A stretch of DNA of 64,000 bases from Escherichia phage 310Ecol104PP. The stretch lies in the sequence record OR062946.1; one strand, given 5' to 3'. How positions within the stretch are numbered: position 1 is the stretch's first letter; every line of letters starts with the position of its first letter. The notes below the pieces were generated by a model, which saw nothing but the letters and a program-made list of their open reading frames with translations, was not told where the DNA came from and searched no databases. Below are positions 33,113 through 42,269 of this stretch, piece after piece. Position numbers and translations under genes: made by a program.

Positions 33113-33134
33113 CAGCAGTATTGCCGATAGTTGT

Positions 33135-33164
33135 ATAGTACCATAAAGCTTTATGCTTGTAAAC
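33135..33164 (-). promoter_or_regulatory. early-type promoter downstream of the gene 32 terminator
   Basis: GTTTAC, 18 nt, TACTAT, with A/T-rich upstream tract. Confidence 0.45.
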
Positions 33165-33197
33165 CGTTTTGTGAAAAAATTTTTTGAAATAAAAAAA

Positions 33198-33216
33198 GGG
33201 GACCTCTAGGGTCCCC
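33198..33216 (-). terminator. intrinsic terminator of gene 32
   Basis: GGGGACC / GGTCCCC hairpin followed on the minus transcript by U7. Confidence 0.65.
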
Positions 33217-33238
33217 AATTAATTAGTAATATAATCTA

Positions 33239-34147
33239 TTAAAGGTCATTCAAAAGGTCATCCAGGTCCGTGTCATCAGCACTAGATGAACTGCCAGAGC
33301 TTGAGCTCATAAAATCATCTTCAGTTTTTGTATTGAAGTCATCAACATTGAATGCATCCAAATCATCAGCAACTTTATCAGCTTTCTTAGCAGCAGTTGC
33401 TGCGGCACCACCCATAGCAGCAGTTCCCATAACTTGACTGAACTTAGTGCTCAGTTCTTCAAACGATTTGAATTTATCTTTAGAAGTCATTTCAGAAAGG
33501 TCAACCATTTGTTCGAACAGTTCTTTCTGGAAAGATTCATCATCAATGTTTGGAATCGCAGATTGATTCAGGAATTTAGATTCGTCGTAGTTACTAAAAC
33601 CAGAAACTTGTTTAACTTTCAGTACAAAATTAGCACCTTCCCACGGACAAGTTACATCAACCGGAGTTTCACCCATTTCAACATCAACTGCAATCATTGC
33701 ATTGATTTTATCCCAGATTTTCTTACCGAAACGGTATTTAAATACTTTACCTTCATTTTCTGGAGCAGCTGGGTCTTTTACTACAAGAATGTTAGCCCAG
33801 TAAGAAGTTTTACGTTTAACAAGACCATATTCTTTATTGTCAGTGTTGTACAAATCATTTTTACTGATGTACTGACATACTGGACAAGAATCGTAATCAC
33901 CGTGGGTAGATGAACAGTTTTCAATATACCATTTACCATTTTTCTTGAAACCGTGATTTACAAGAATTGCGAATGGTGCTTGTTCATCATTTTTAGACGG
34001 AAGAAAACGAATTACTGCTTGACCGTTACCCGCATTGTCGAGTTTCAGTTTCCACTCGCCTTTATCTTCAGAAGAAAAACCACCTTTATTTCCAGCCAGT
34101 TTAGCCATTTGTGCAGCGAGTTCAGCAGTAGATTTACGTTTAAACAT
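33239..34147 (-). CDS. 32: single-stranded DNA-binding protein gp32
   Basis: 302-aa ORF with zinc-site [11 protein letters not shown] and acidic Ser/Asp-rich C-terminal tail. Confidence 0.95.
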   Translation of the reverse strand: MFKRKSTAELAAQMAKLAGNKGGFSSEDKGEWKLKLDNAGNGQAVIRFLPSKNDEQAPFAILVNHGFKKNGKWYIENCSSTHGDYDSCPVCQYISKNDLYNTDNKEYGLVKRKTSYWANILVVKDPAAPENEGKVFKYRFGKKIWDKINAMIAVDVEMGETPVDVTCPWEGANFVLKVKQVSGFSNYDESKFLNQSAIPNIDDESFQKELFEQMVDLSEMTSKDKFKSFEELSTKFSQVMGTAAMGGAAATAAKKADKVADDLDAFNVDDFNTKTEDDFMSSSSGSSSSADDTDLDDLLNDL

Positions 34148-34230
34148 TTTTATTTCCTTTTTAATTTAATTAACAGTTGGTGCTATGACGATGTATGACC
34201 TCATAGCTGGTCAGTGAGATAATTATAATC

Positions 34231-34238
34231 TATTTATA
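34231..34238 (-). promoter_or_regulatory. late-type promoter motif upstream of gene 32
   Basis: TATAAATA on the minus strand in the 59-32 intergenic spacer. Confidence 0.4.
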
Positions 34239-34246
34239 ATAAGCAA

Positions 34247-34900
34247 TTAATACTTGCAAGATTTCACAGTTTCAATGAAAACTTTTTTAGCTTCCTGTGA
34301 ATCGATATTTAAAATTTTTCTATAAGCCTTTAACTTTATAGAATAATTATTCCAGACTAAATTATCAGTCTGTTCATCATGTTTATCAATTATATTTAAA
34401 AACGAATCAAGCAAGATAAACGTCTCAAACGAAATTATATTCGATTGTAGAAGTTTAAAAATATAACTTGACTGAACCTTTGGATTATATTCAAAGATTT
34501 CTTTAAAAGCAGAAACTTCAACTTTTTTACTAAAATAATAAATGTTGCGAATATCTTCTTCAAACTTAAATTTAATTTGCTTTAAGCGTCCGATATATTC
34601 ACGATAAAACACAAGTGCATCAGCGTCAGAGATGTCACCAATCCAAGCATCTTGGTTAGCAACCAAATTGCTTATAAAGATTAAAGCAAGTTCCTTTAAT
34701 TTATATTTTTCTGATAACTTCTGGAAAAAATACTTATCCCTTCGCTTTTGATAAGCGGCATCAGACACCCGCATGCACCAATTATACTTAATAACATCAT
34801 ACTTTCCATTCATATGTTGTTTTATCATTAAGTATAATTTATAAACTGATTTACCATCAATATATCTTTCACCACCAGCAGGCATGCGGAGTTTAATCAT
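34247..34900 (-). CDS. 59: helicase loader gp59
   Basis: 217-aa ORF, length and position match T4 gp59. Confidence 0.85.
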   Translation of the reverse strand: MIKLRMPAGGERYIDGKSVYKLYLMIKQHMNGKYDVIKYNWCMRVSDAAYQKRRDKYFFQKLSEKYKLKELALIFISNLVANQDAWIGDISDADALVFYREYIGRLKQIKFKFEEDIRNIYYFSKKVEVSAFKEIFEYNPKVQSSYIFKLLQSNIISFETFILLDSFLNIIDKHDEQTDNLVWNNYSIKLKAYRKILNIDSQEAKKVFIETVKSCKY

Positions 34901-35244
34901 AGCAGAAAATCTAATGTATTAGTTTTTTCACAACGAACAACAGAAGGACGTAAAAGATTTTCGTCAATAGCTTCTGACTGAATTTTTTCAATTATACCCG
35001 AAGGAATAAATTTAGCAAATTGAGTTTCAGGAATAGAGTTTTCTTCCAAGAATGCTGTTGTAGCTTCAAGATAACTCATTCCAAACTCTTCTACCATTTT
35101 TTCAATAATAAATCCATTTTCTTGACGATCAAGAAGCTTTGCTATTTCATCCTTTTCTTTCTTAATTGAAAGTTCTTTTTCTGAAAGACCGGTCTCATCG
35201 ACCGGACGAATATCATTTAGAGAAAACTGTGTCATAAAGTTCAA
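34897..35244 (-). CDS. 33: late transcription co-activator gp33
   Basis: About 112-115 aa ORF between dsbA and 59. Confidence 0.8.
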   Translation of the reverse strand: MNFMTQFSLNDIRPVDETGLSEKELSIKKEKDEIAKLLDRQENGFIIEKMVEEFGMSYLEATTAFLEENSIPETQFAKFIPSGIIEKIQSEAIDENLLRPSVVRCEKTNTLDFLL

Positions 35245-35482
35245 CTACCTCTTCAGTTTCAGCTTCAAACACATCACGGTTATCTTTATGATACAAAGCT
35301 AATAGACGATTAAACATCTTACCATCAACGCCAAGTTCATCTTTAGCACGAATTCGAATATCTTTAATCAGTTCATTATAACCGGAAATTTTCAGTTTAT
35401 GATCAGATGCTTCTTTAATAAATTTAGCCAAGTCTTCGCCATGGATAGCTTCATCAAATTCAACCATTTCTTTTTTAGCCAT
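35213..35482 (-). CDS. dsbA: dsDNA-binding protein DsbA
   Basis: 89-aa ORF between rnh and 33. Confidence 0.75.
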   Translation of the reverse strand: MAKKEMVEFDEAIHGEDLAKFIKEASDHKLKISGYNELIKDIRIRAKDELGVDGKMFNRLLALYHKDNRDVFEAETEEVVELYDTVFSK

Positions 35483-35490
35483 TATTCACC

Positions 35491-36408
35491 TCAAAATTCA
35501 TTAATGCTATTAGTTAATTTAGAAAGACCCGCTTTTACAAAATATGAATAAATTTTGCCACGCGGTGGTAATTTATATGAATTATAGTAATTCACAATGT
35601 TTGAAGCAATATTATCAGGAATATAATCAAAATCAATTAGAACTAAATTTTCTTTATAACGATTATATTCAGATTCTGTGAGAAGCACCTTAGCTTGCTC
35701 ACGGTCATTAGCAATAGCTTCAACGATTGAAGTTTTCATTGAAGGAGTTCGTTCACCTTCAACTCTGGTAAACCAAAAGTCAGATCGTACTTTAACTGAA
35801 GCAACGTTATCCTTTTTGTCGCCTTTAAGGATTTTAGTCATACAGTCAATTTCAGCAGAACCGCTTTTAATTTTAACCCATTTCTTGTGCATCGGTGACC
35901 ATTGCTTAACATTTGGATATTTGTGAAGCTGTGTAAAGTCACCATCCGATGAAATGATTAAAATCTTGTGTCCTTCTAAAGAGAACTTTTTAACAAGAAC
36001 AGCAATGTGGTCATCCGCTTCATACTTATCAATATCCATAACAATGTATGGCATATAAGATTTCAATTCATCTATAACTTTATGGCTGGATTCAAAATAA
36101 CCTTCCCAGTCCCAAGTAGATTCTTCTCGTGCTTTTCCACGGTTTTTCTTATAATAATAAGCGAAATCACGACGCCAGTATCCAGATTTCGCGTTATCAA
36201 TACACAGTACAATTTTAGTGTATCCAAGCGTTTTTGCTTTTTTGACATTAAACTTAATTGAGTTCAATATCAAATGACGAACCATTGATAAATTAATTTT
36301 TTCTTTATCTGGGAAGTTTACCAAAGCAGTTGAAAGCGCAATTTGACTAAAGTCAATTAAGCAGATTCCTTCTTTGTAATCTTCATCCAGCATCATTTCT
36401 AAATCCAT
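35491..36408 (-). CDS. rnh: RNase H (5'-3' exonuclease, FEN family)
   Basis: 305 aa from MDLEMMLDED; acidic-cluster motif ISSDGDFTQL; divergent from gene 34. Confidence 0.9.
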   Translation of the reverse strand: MDLEMMLDEDYKEGICLIDFSQIALSTALVNFPDKEKINLSMVRHLILNSIKFNVKKAKTLGYTKIVLCIDNAKSGYWRRDFAYYYKKNRGKAREESTWDWEGYFESSHKVIDELKSYMPYIVMDIDKYEADDHIAVLVKKFSLEGHKILIISSDGDFTQLHKYPNVKQWSPMHKKWVKIKSGSAEIDCMTKILKGDKKDNVASVKVRSDFWFTRVEGERTPSMKTSIVEAIANDREQAKVLLTESEYNRYKENLVLIDFDYIPDNIASNIVNYYNSYKLPPRGKIYSYFVKAGLSKLTNSINEF

Positions 36409-36470
36409 ATGAACCTCGTTCAATTAGTGAGATTTCTATTATATACCATCCAAATCTTAAAGTAAACAAG

Positions 36471-36478
36471 TATAAATA
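36471..36478 (+). promoter_or_regulatory. late promoter of gene 34
   Basis: TATAAATA 35 nt upstream of the gene 34 ATG. Confidence 0.6.
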
Positions 36479-36512
36479 CTTATTATTGAAAACACAATAG
36501 GAGCCCGGGAGA

Positions 36513-39500
36513 ATGGCCGAGATTAAAAGAAAGTTCAGAGCAGAAGATGGTCTGGACGCAGGTGGTGATAAAATAATCAACGTAGCTTTAGCTGATCGTA
36601 CCGTAGGAACTGACGGTGTTAACGTTGATTACTTAATTCAAGAAAACACAGTTCAACAATATGATCCAACTCGTGGATATTTAAAAGATTTTGTAATCAT
36701 TTATGATAACCGCTTTTGGGCTGCTATAAATGATATTCCAAAACCAGCAGGAGCTTTTAATAGCGGACGCTGGAGAGCATTACGTACGGACGCAAACTGG
36801 ATTACGGTTTCATCTGGTTCATATCAATTAAAATCCGGTGAAGCTATTTCGGTTAATACTGCAGCTGGAAATGACATCACGTTTACTTTACCGTCTTCTC
36901 CAATTGATGGTGATACTATCGTTCTCCAAGATATTGGAGGAAAACCTGGAGTTAACCAAGTTTTAATTGTAGCTTCAGTGCAAAGTATTGTAAACTTTAG
37001 AGGTGAACAGGTACGTTCAGTACTAATGACTCATCCAAAGTCACAGCTAGTTTTATTTTTTAGTAATCGTCTGTGGCAAATGTATGTTGCTGATTATAGT
37101 AGAGAAGCTATAGTTGTAACACCAGCGAATACCTATCAAGCACAATCCAACGATTTTATCGTACGTAGATTTACTTCTGCTGCACCAATTAATGTCAAAC
37201 TTCCAAGATTTGCTAATCATGGCGATATTATTAATTTCGTTGATTTGGATAAATTAAATCCACTTTATCATACAATTGTTACTACATACGATGAAACGAC
37301 TTCAGTACAAGAAGTTGGAACTCATTCCATTGAAGGCCGTACAACGATTGACGGTTTCTTGATGTTTGATGATAATGAGAAATTGTGGAGATTGTTTGAC
37401 GGGGATAGTAAAGCGCGTTTACGCATTATAACGACTAATTCTAATATTCGTCCAAATGAAGAAGTTATGGTATTTGGTGCGAATAACGGAACAATTCAAA
37501 CAATTGAGCTTCAGCTTCCAACTAATATTTCTGTTGGTGATACTGTTAAAATTTCCATGAATTACATGAGAAAAGGACAAACAGTTAAAATCAAAGCTGC
37601 TGATGAAGATAAAATTGCTTCTTCAGTTCAATTGCTGCAATTCCCAAAACGCTCAGAATATCCACCTGAAGCTGAATGGGTTACAGTTCAAGAATTAGTT
37701 TTTAACGGTGAAACTAATTATGTTCCAGTTTTGGAGCTTGCTTACATAGAAGATTCTGATGGAAAATATTGGGTTGTACAGCAAAACGTTCCAACTGTAG
37801 AAAGAGTAGATTCTTTAAATGATTCTACTAGAGCAAGATTAGGCGTAATTGCTTTAGCTACACAAGCTCAAGCTAACGTCGATTTAGAAAATTCTCCACA
37901 AAAAGAATTAGCAATTACTCCAGAAACGTTAGCTAATCGTACTGCTACAGAAACTCGTAGAGGTATTGCAAGAATAGCAACTACTGCTCAAGTAAATCAG
38001 AACACCACATTCTCTTTTGCTGACGATATTATCGTCACTCCTAAAAAGCTGAATGAAAGAACTGCTACTGAAACTCGCAGAGGTGTCGCAGAAATTGCTA
38101 CGCAGCAAGAAACTAATACAGGTACTGATGATACTACAATCATCACTCCTAAAAAGCTTCAAGCTCGCCAAGGTTCTGAGTCATTATCTGGTATTGTAAC
38201 CTTTGTATCTACTGCAGGCGCTACTCCAGCTTCTAGCCGTGAATTAAATGGTACGAATGTTTATAATAAAAACACTAATAATTTAGTTGTTTCACCTAAA
38301 GCTTTGGATCAGTATAAAGCTACTCCAACACAACAAGGTGCAGTAATTTTAGCAGTTGAAAGTGAAGTAATTGCTGGACAAAGTCAGCAAGGATGGGCAA
38401 ATGCTGTTGTAACGCCAGAAACGTTACATAAAAAAACATCAACTGATGGAAGAATTGGTTTAATTGAAATTGCTACGCAAAGTGAAGTTAATACAGGAAC
38501 TGATTATACTCGTGCAGTCACTCCTAAAACTTTAAATGACCGTAAAGCAACTGAAAGTTTAAGTGGTATAGCTGAAATTGCTACACAGGTTGAATTCGAC
38601 GCAGGCGTCGACGATACTCGTATCTCTACACCATTAAAAATTAAAACTAGATTTAATAGTACTGATCGTACTTCTGTTGTTGCTCTATCTGGATTAGTTG
38701 AATCAGGAACTCTCTGGGACCATTATACACTTAATATTCTTGAAGCAAATGAGACACAGCGTGGTACACTTCGTGTAGCTACACAGGTCGAAGCTGCTGC
38801 AGGAACATTAGATAATGTTTTAATAACTCCTAAAAAGCTTTTAGGTACTAAATCTACCGAATCGCAAGAAGGTGTTATTAAAGTTGCAACTCAGTCTGAA
38901 ACTGTGACTGGAACGTCAGCAAATACTGCTGTATCTCCAAAAAATTTAAAATGGATTGTGCAGAGTGAACCTACTTGGGCGGCTACTACTGCGATAAGAG
39001 GTTTTGTTAAAACTTCATCTGGTTCAATTACATTCGTTGGTAATGATACAGTCGGTTCTACCCAAGATTTAGAACTGTATGAGAAAAATAGCTATGCGGT
39101 ATCACCATATGAATTAAACCGTGTATTAGCAAATTATTTGCCGTTAAAAGCAAAAGCTGCTGATACAAATTTATTGGATGGTCTAGATTCATCTCAGTTC
39201 ATTCGTAGGGATATTGCACAGACGGTTAATGGTTCACTAACCTTAACCCAACAAACGAATCTGAGTGCCCCTCTTGTATCATCTAGTACTGCTACGTTTG
39301 GTGGATCAGTTTCGGCAAATAGTACATTAACTATTTCTAACGCTGGAACAGCAACTCGTCTGATTTTTGAAAAAGGACCTCAGACTGGAACTAACCCAGC
39401 ACAGACGATGACTATCAGAGTTTGGGGAAATCAGTTTGGCGGCGGATCAGATACAACACGTTCTACTGTATTTGAAGTTGGTGATGAAACATCTAATCAC

Positions 39501-40382
39501 TTTTATTCTCAACGTAATAAAGCTGGGAATATAACGTTTAGCATTAATGGTACTGTGATGCCAATAAATGTTAACGCTTCAGGCACGTTAAATGCGAATG
39601 GTGTTGCAACATTTGGTCGTTCAGTTACAGCCAATGGTGAATTCATTAGCAAGTCTGCAAATGCTTTCAGAGCAATTAGTGGTGATTACGGATTCTTTAT
39701 TCGCAATGATGCTGCTAATACCTATTTTATGCTTACTGCATCTGGTGATCAGACTGGCGGATTTAATGGATTACGTCCTTTAGCTATTAATAATGCATCT
39801 GGTCAGGTTACGATTGGTGAAGGCTTAATCATTGCCAAAGGTGCTACTATAAATTCAGGTGGTTTAACTGTTAACTCGAGAATTCGTTCTCAGGGTACTA
39901 AAACATCTGATTTATACACCCGTGCGCCAACATCTGATACTGTAGGATTCTGGTCAATCGATATTAACGATTCAGCCACTTATAACCAGTTCCCGGGTTA
40001 TTTTAAAATGGTTGAAAAAACTAATGAAGTGACTGGACTTCCATACTTAGAGCGTGGTGAAGAAGTTAAATCTCCTGGTACATTGACTCAGTTTGGTAAT
40101 ACACTTGATTCGCTTTACCAAGATTGGATTACTTATCCAACGACACCAGAAGCGCGTACCACTCGCTGGACACGCACATGGCAGAAAACCAAAAACTCTT
40201 GGTCAAGTTTTGTTCAGGTATTTGACGGAGGTAACCCTCCTCAACCGTCTGATATCGGTGCTTTACCATCTGATAATGCTACAATGGGGAATCTTACTAT
40301 TCGTGACTTCTTACGAATTGGTAATGTTCGCATTGTTCCTGACCCAGTAAATAAAACGGTTAAATTTGAATGGGTTGAATAA
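36513..40382 (+). CDS. 34: long tail fibre proximal subunit gp34
   Basis: 1289-aa ORF with about six tandem ~40-aa repeats (…TPKKL..R.ATE..RGV.EIATQ…). Confidence 0.95.
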   Translation: MAEIKRKFRAEDGLDAGGDKIINVALADRTVGTDGVNVDYLIQENTVQQYDPTRGYLKDFVIIYDNRFWAAINDIPKPAGAFNSGRWRALRTDANWITVSSGSYQLKSGEAISVNTAAGNDITFTLPSSPIDGDTIVLQDIGGKPGVNQVLIVASVQSIVNFRGEQVRSVLMTHPKSQLVLFFSNRLWQMYVADYSREAIVVTPANTYQAQSNDFIVRRFTSAAPINVKLPRFANHGDIINFVDLDKLNPLYHTIVTTYDETTSVQEVGTHSIEGRTTIDGFLMFDDNEKLWRLFDGDSKARLRIITTNSNIRPNEEVMVFGANNGTIQTIELQLPTNISVGDTVKISMNYMRKGQTVKIKAADEDKIASSVQLLQFPKRSEYPPEAEWVTVQELVFNGETNYVPVLELAYIEDSDGKYWVVQQNVPTVERVDSLNDSTRARLGVIALATQAQANVDLENSPQKELAITPETLANRTATETRRGIARIATTAQVNQNTTFSFADDIIVTPKKLNERTATETRRGVAEIATQQETNTGTDDTTIITPKKLQARQGSESLSGIVTFVSTAGATPASSRELNGTNVYNKNTNNLVVSPKALDQYKATPTQQGAVILAVESEVIAGQSQQGWANAVVTPETLHKKTSTDGRIGLIEIATQSEVNTGTDYTRAVTPKTLNDRKATESLSGIAEIATQVEFDAGVDDTRISTPLKIKTRFNSTDRTSVVALSGLVESGTLWDHYTLNILEANETQRGTLRVATQVEAAAGTLDNVLITPKKLLGTKSTESQEGVIKVATQSETVTGTSANTAVSPKNLKWIVQSEPTWAATTAIRGFVKTSSGSITFVGNDTVGSTQDLELYEKNSYAVSPYELNRVLANYLPLKAKAADTNLLDGLDSSQFIRRDIAQTVNGSLTLTQQTNLSAPLVSSSTATFGGSVSANSTLTISNAGTATRLIFEKGPQTGTNPAQTMTIRVWGNQFGGGSDTTRSTVFEVGDETSNHFYSQRNKAGNITFSINGTVMPINVNASGTLNANGVATFGRSVTANGEFISKSANAFRAISGDYGFFIRNDAANTYFMLTASGDQTGGFNGLRPLAINNASGQVTIGEGLIIAKGATINSGGLTVNSRIRSQGTKTSDLYTRAPTSDTVGFWSIDINDSATYNQFPGYFKMVEKTNEVTGLPYLERGEEVKSPGTLTQFGNTLDSLYQDWITYPTTPEARTTRWTRTWQKTKNSWSSFVQVFDGGNPPQPSDIGALPSDNATMGNLTIRDFLRIGNVRIVPDPVNKTVKFEWVE

Positions 40383-40390
40383 GAGGTATT

Positions 40391-41509
40391 ATGGAAAAAT
40401 TTATGGCAGAGTTTGGACAAGGATATGTCCAAACGCCATTTTTATCGGAAAGCAATTCAGTAAGATACAAAATAAGTATAGCGGGTTCTTGCCCGCTTTC
40501 TACTGCAGGACCACCATATGTTAAATTTCAGGATAATCCTGTAGGAAGTCAAACATTTAGCGCAGGACTTCATTTAAGAGTTTTTGACCCTTCCACCGGA
40601 GCATTAGTTGATAGTAAGTCATATGCTTTTTCGACTTCAAATGATACTACATCAGCTGCCTTTGTTAGTTTCATGAATTCTATTTCAAGCAATAGACTTG
40701 TTGCTATATTAACTAACGGAAAGGTTAATTTTCCTCCTGAAGTAGCATCTTGGTTAAGAACCGCCGGAACGTCTGCTTTTCCATCTGACTCTGTATTGTC
40801 AAGATTCGACGTATCATATGCTGCTTTTTATACTTCTTCTAAAAGAGCTATTGCATTAGAGCATGTTAAACTGAGTAATAGAAAAAGTACAGATGATTAT
40901 CAAACTATTTTAGATGTTGTATTTGACAGTTTAGAAGACGTCGGAGCTACCGGGTTTCCAAGAAGAACGTATGAAAGCGTTGAACAATTCATGTCAGCGG
41001 TTGGTGGAACTAATAACGAAATTGCGCGTCTACCGACTTCAGCTGCTATAAGTAAATTATCTGATTATAATTTAATTCCTGGTGATGTTCTTTATCTTAA
41101 AGCTCAGTTATATGCTGATGCTGATTTACTTGCTCTTGGAACTACAAATATATCTATCCGTTTTTATAATGCATCTAACGGATATATTTCTTCAACACAG
41201 GCTGAATTTACTGGGCAAGCTGGGTCTTGGGAATTAAAGGAAGATTATGTAGTTGTTCCAGAAAACGCAGTAGGATTTACGATATATGCACAGAGAACTG
41301 CACAAGCTGGCCAAGGTGGCATGAGAAATTTAAGCTTTTCTGAAGTATCAAGAAACGGCGGTATTTCAAAACCTGCTGAATTTGGCGTCAATGGTATTCG
41401 TGTTAATTATATCTGTGAATCTGCTTCACCTCCGGATATAATGGTACTTCCTACGCAAGCATCGTCTAAAACTGGTAAAGTGTTTGGGCAAGAATTTAGA
41501 GAAGTATAA
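40391..41509 (+). CDS. 35: long tail fibre hinge gp35
   Basis: 372-aa ORF, size and order match T4. Confidence 0.9.
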   Translation: MEKFMAEFGQGYVQTPFLSESNSVRYKISIAGSCPLSTAGPPYVKFQDNPVGSQTFSAGLHLRVFDPSTGALVDSKSYAFSTSNDTTSAAFVSFMNSISSNRLVAILTNGKVNFPPEVASWLRTAGTSAFPSDSVLSRFDVSYAAFYTSSKRAIALEHVKLSNRKSTDDYQTILDVVFDSLEDVGATGFPRRTYESVEQFMSAVGGTNNEIARLPTSAAISKLSDYNLIPGDVLYLKAQLYADADLLALGTTNISIRFYNASNGYISSTQAEFTGQAGSWELKEDYVVVPENAVGFTIYAQRTAQAGQGGMRNLSFSEVSRNGGISKPAEFGVNGIRVNYICESASPPDIMVLPTQASSKTGKVFGQEFREV

Positions 41510-41514
41510 ATTGA

Positions 41515-41539
41515 GGGAGCCTTCGGGTTCCCTTTTTCT
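41515..41539 (+). terminator. intrinsic terminator after gene 35
   Basis: GGGAGCC-ttcg-GGTTCCC hairpin followed by a T-run. Confidence 0.6.
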
Positions 41540-41540
41540 T

Positions 41541-41548
41541 TATAAATA
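41541..41548 (+). promoter_or_regulatory. late promoter of genes 36-37
   Basis: TATAAATA 24 nt upstream of the gene 36 ATG. Confidence 0.6.
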
Positions 41549-41571
41549 CTATTAAAATAAAGGGGCATACA

Positions 41572-42261
41572 ATGGCTGATTTAAAAGTAGGTTCAACAAC
41601 TGGAGGCTCTGTCATTTGGCATCAAGGAAATTTTCCATTGAATCCAGCCGGTGACGATGTACTCTATAAATCATTTAAAATATATTCAGAATATAATAAA
41701 CCACAAGCTGCTGATAACGATTTCGTTTCTAAAGCTAACGGTGGCACAAAGTCTCAGGGTTTCCAAAAAGAAGTAGAATTTAGAGAAGGCGTTAAGATTT
41801 CTGCAACGTTTTCTGGCGGTTCAGACCTGAACGGGTTATATTCTGGCAATGGAGATGGAGCTTCCAGAGAAAAAGCTAACATGGATTTACGTTCATGGTA
41901 CGGCATTGGTATTTGGAACACATGTACGGGTGATGGGATCCAGGGACGCACAATCTGGTTTAATGCCAGGCGTGGTACAGTTGAAACAGTTGGCGATATT
42001 GTTTCAGACCGACAAGTTATTTCTAATGCTTCAGGACCGACCGGCCCAGCACACTTAACTCGTAAAGATTATGTTGATGGAGCAATAAATACTGTTACAG
42101 CAAATGCGAACTCTAGAGTGCTACGGTCTGGTGACACCATGACAGGTAATTTAACAGCGCCAAACTTTTTCTCGCAGAATCCTGCATCTCAACCTTCACA
42201 TGTTCCACGATTTGACCAAATCGTAATTAAGGATTCTGTACAAGATTTCGGCTATTATTAA
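41572..42261 (+). CDS. 36: long tail fibre distal connector gp36
   Basis: 229-aa ORF directly upstream of gene 37. Confidence 0.85.
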   Translation: MADLKVGSTTGGSVIWHQGNFPLNPAGDDVLYKSFKIYSEYNKPQAADNDFVSKANGGTKSQGFQKEVEFREGVKISATFSGGSDLNGLYSGNGDGASREKANMDLRSWYGIGIWNTCTGDGIQGRTIWFNARRGTVETVGDIVSDRQVISNASGPTGPAHLTRKDYVDGAINTVTANANSRVLRSGDTMTGNLTAPNFFSQNPASQPSHVPRFDQIVIKDSVQDFGYY

Positions 42262-42269
42262 GAGGACTT

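Noticed and set aside
37929-38171. 80-aa minus-strand ORF inside gene 34, and similar ORFs inside gene 37 (43133-43439) and gene 38 (46717-47014)
   Set aside because: Antisense to tail-fibre genes; Cys/Ser-rich artefacts of repetitive coding sequence
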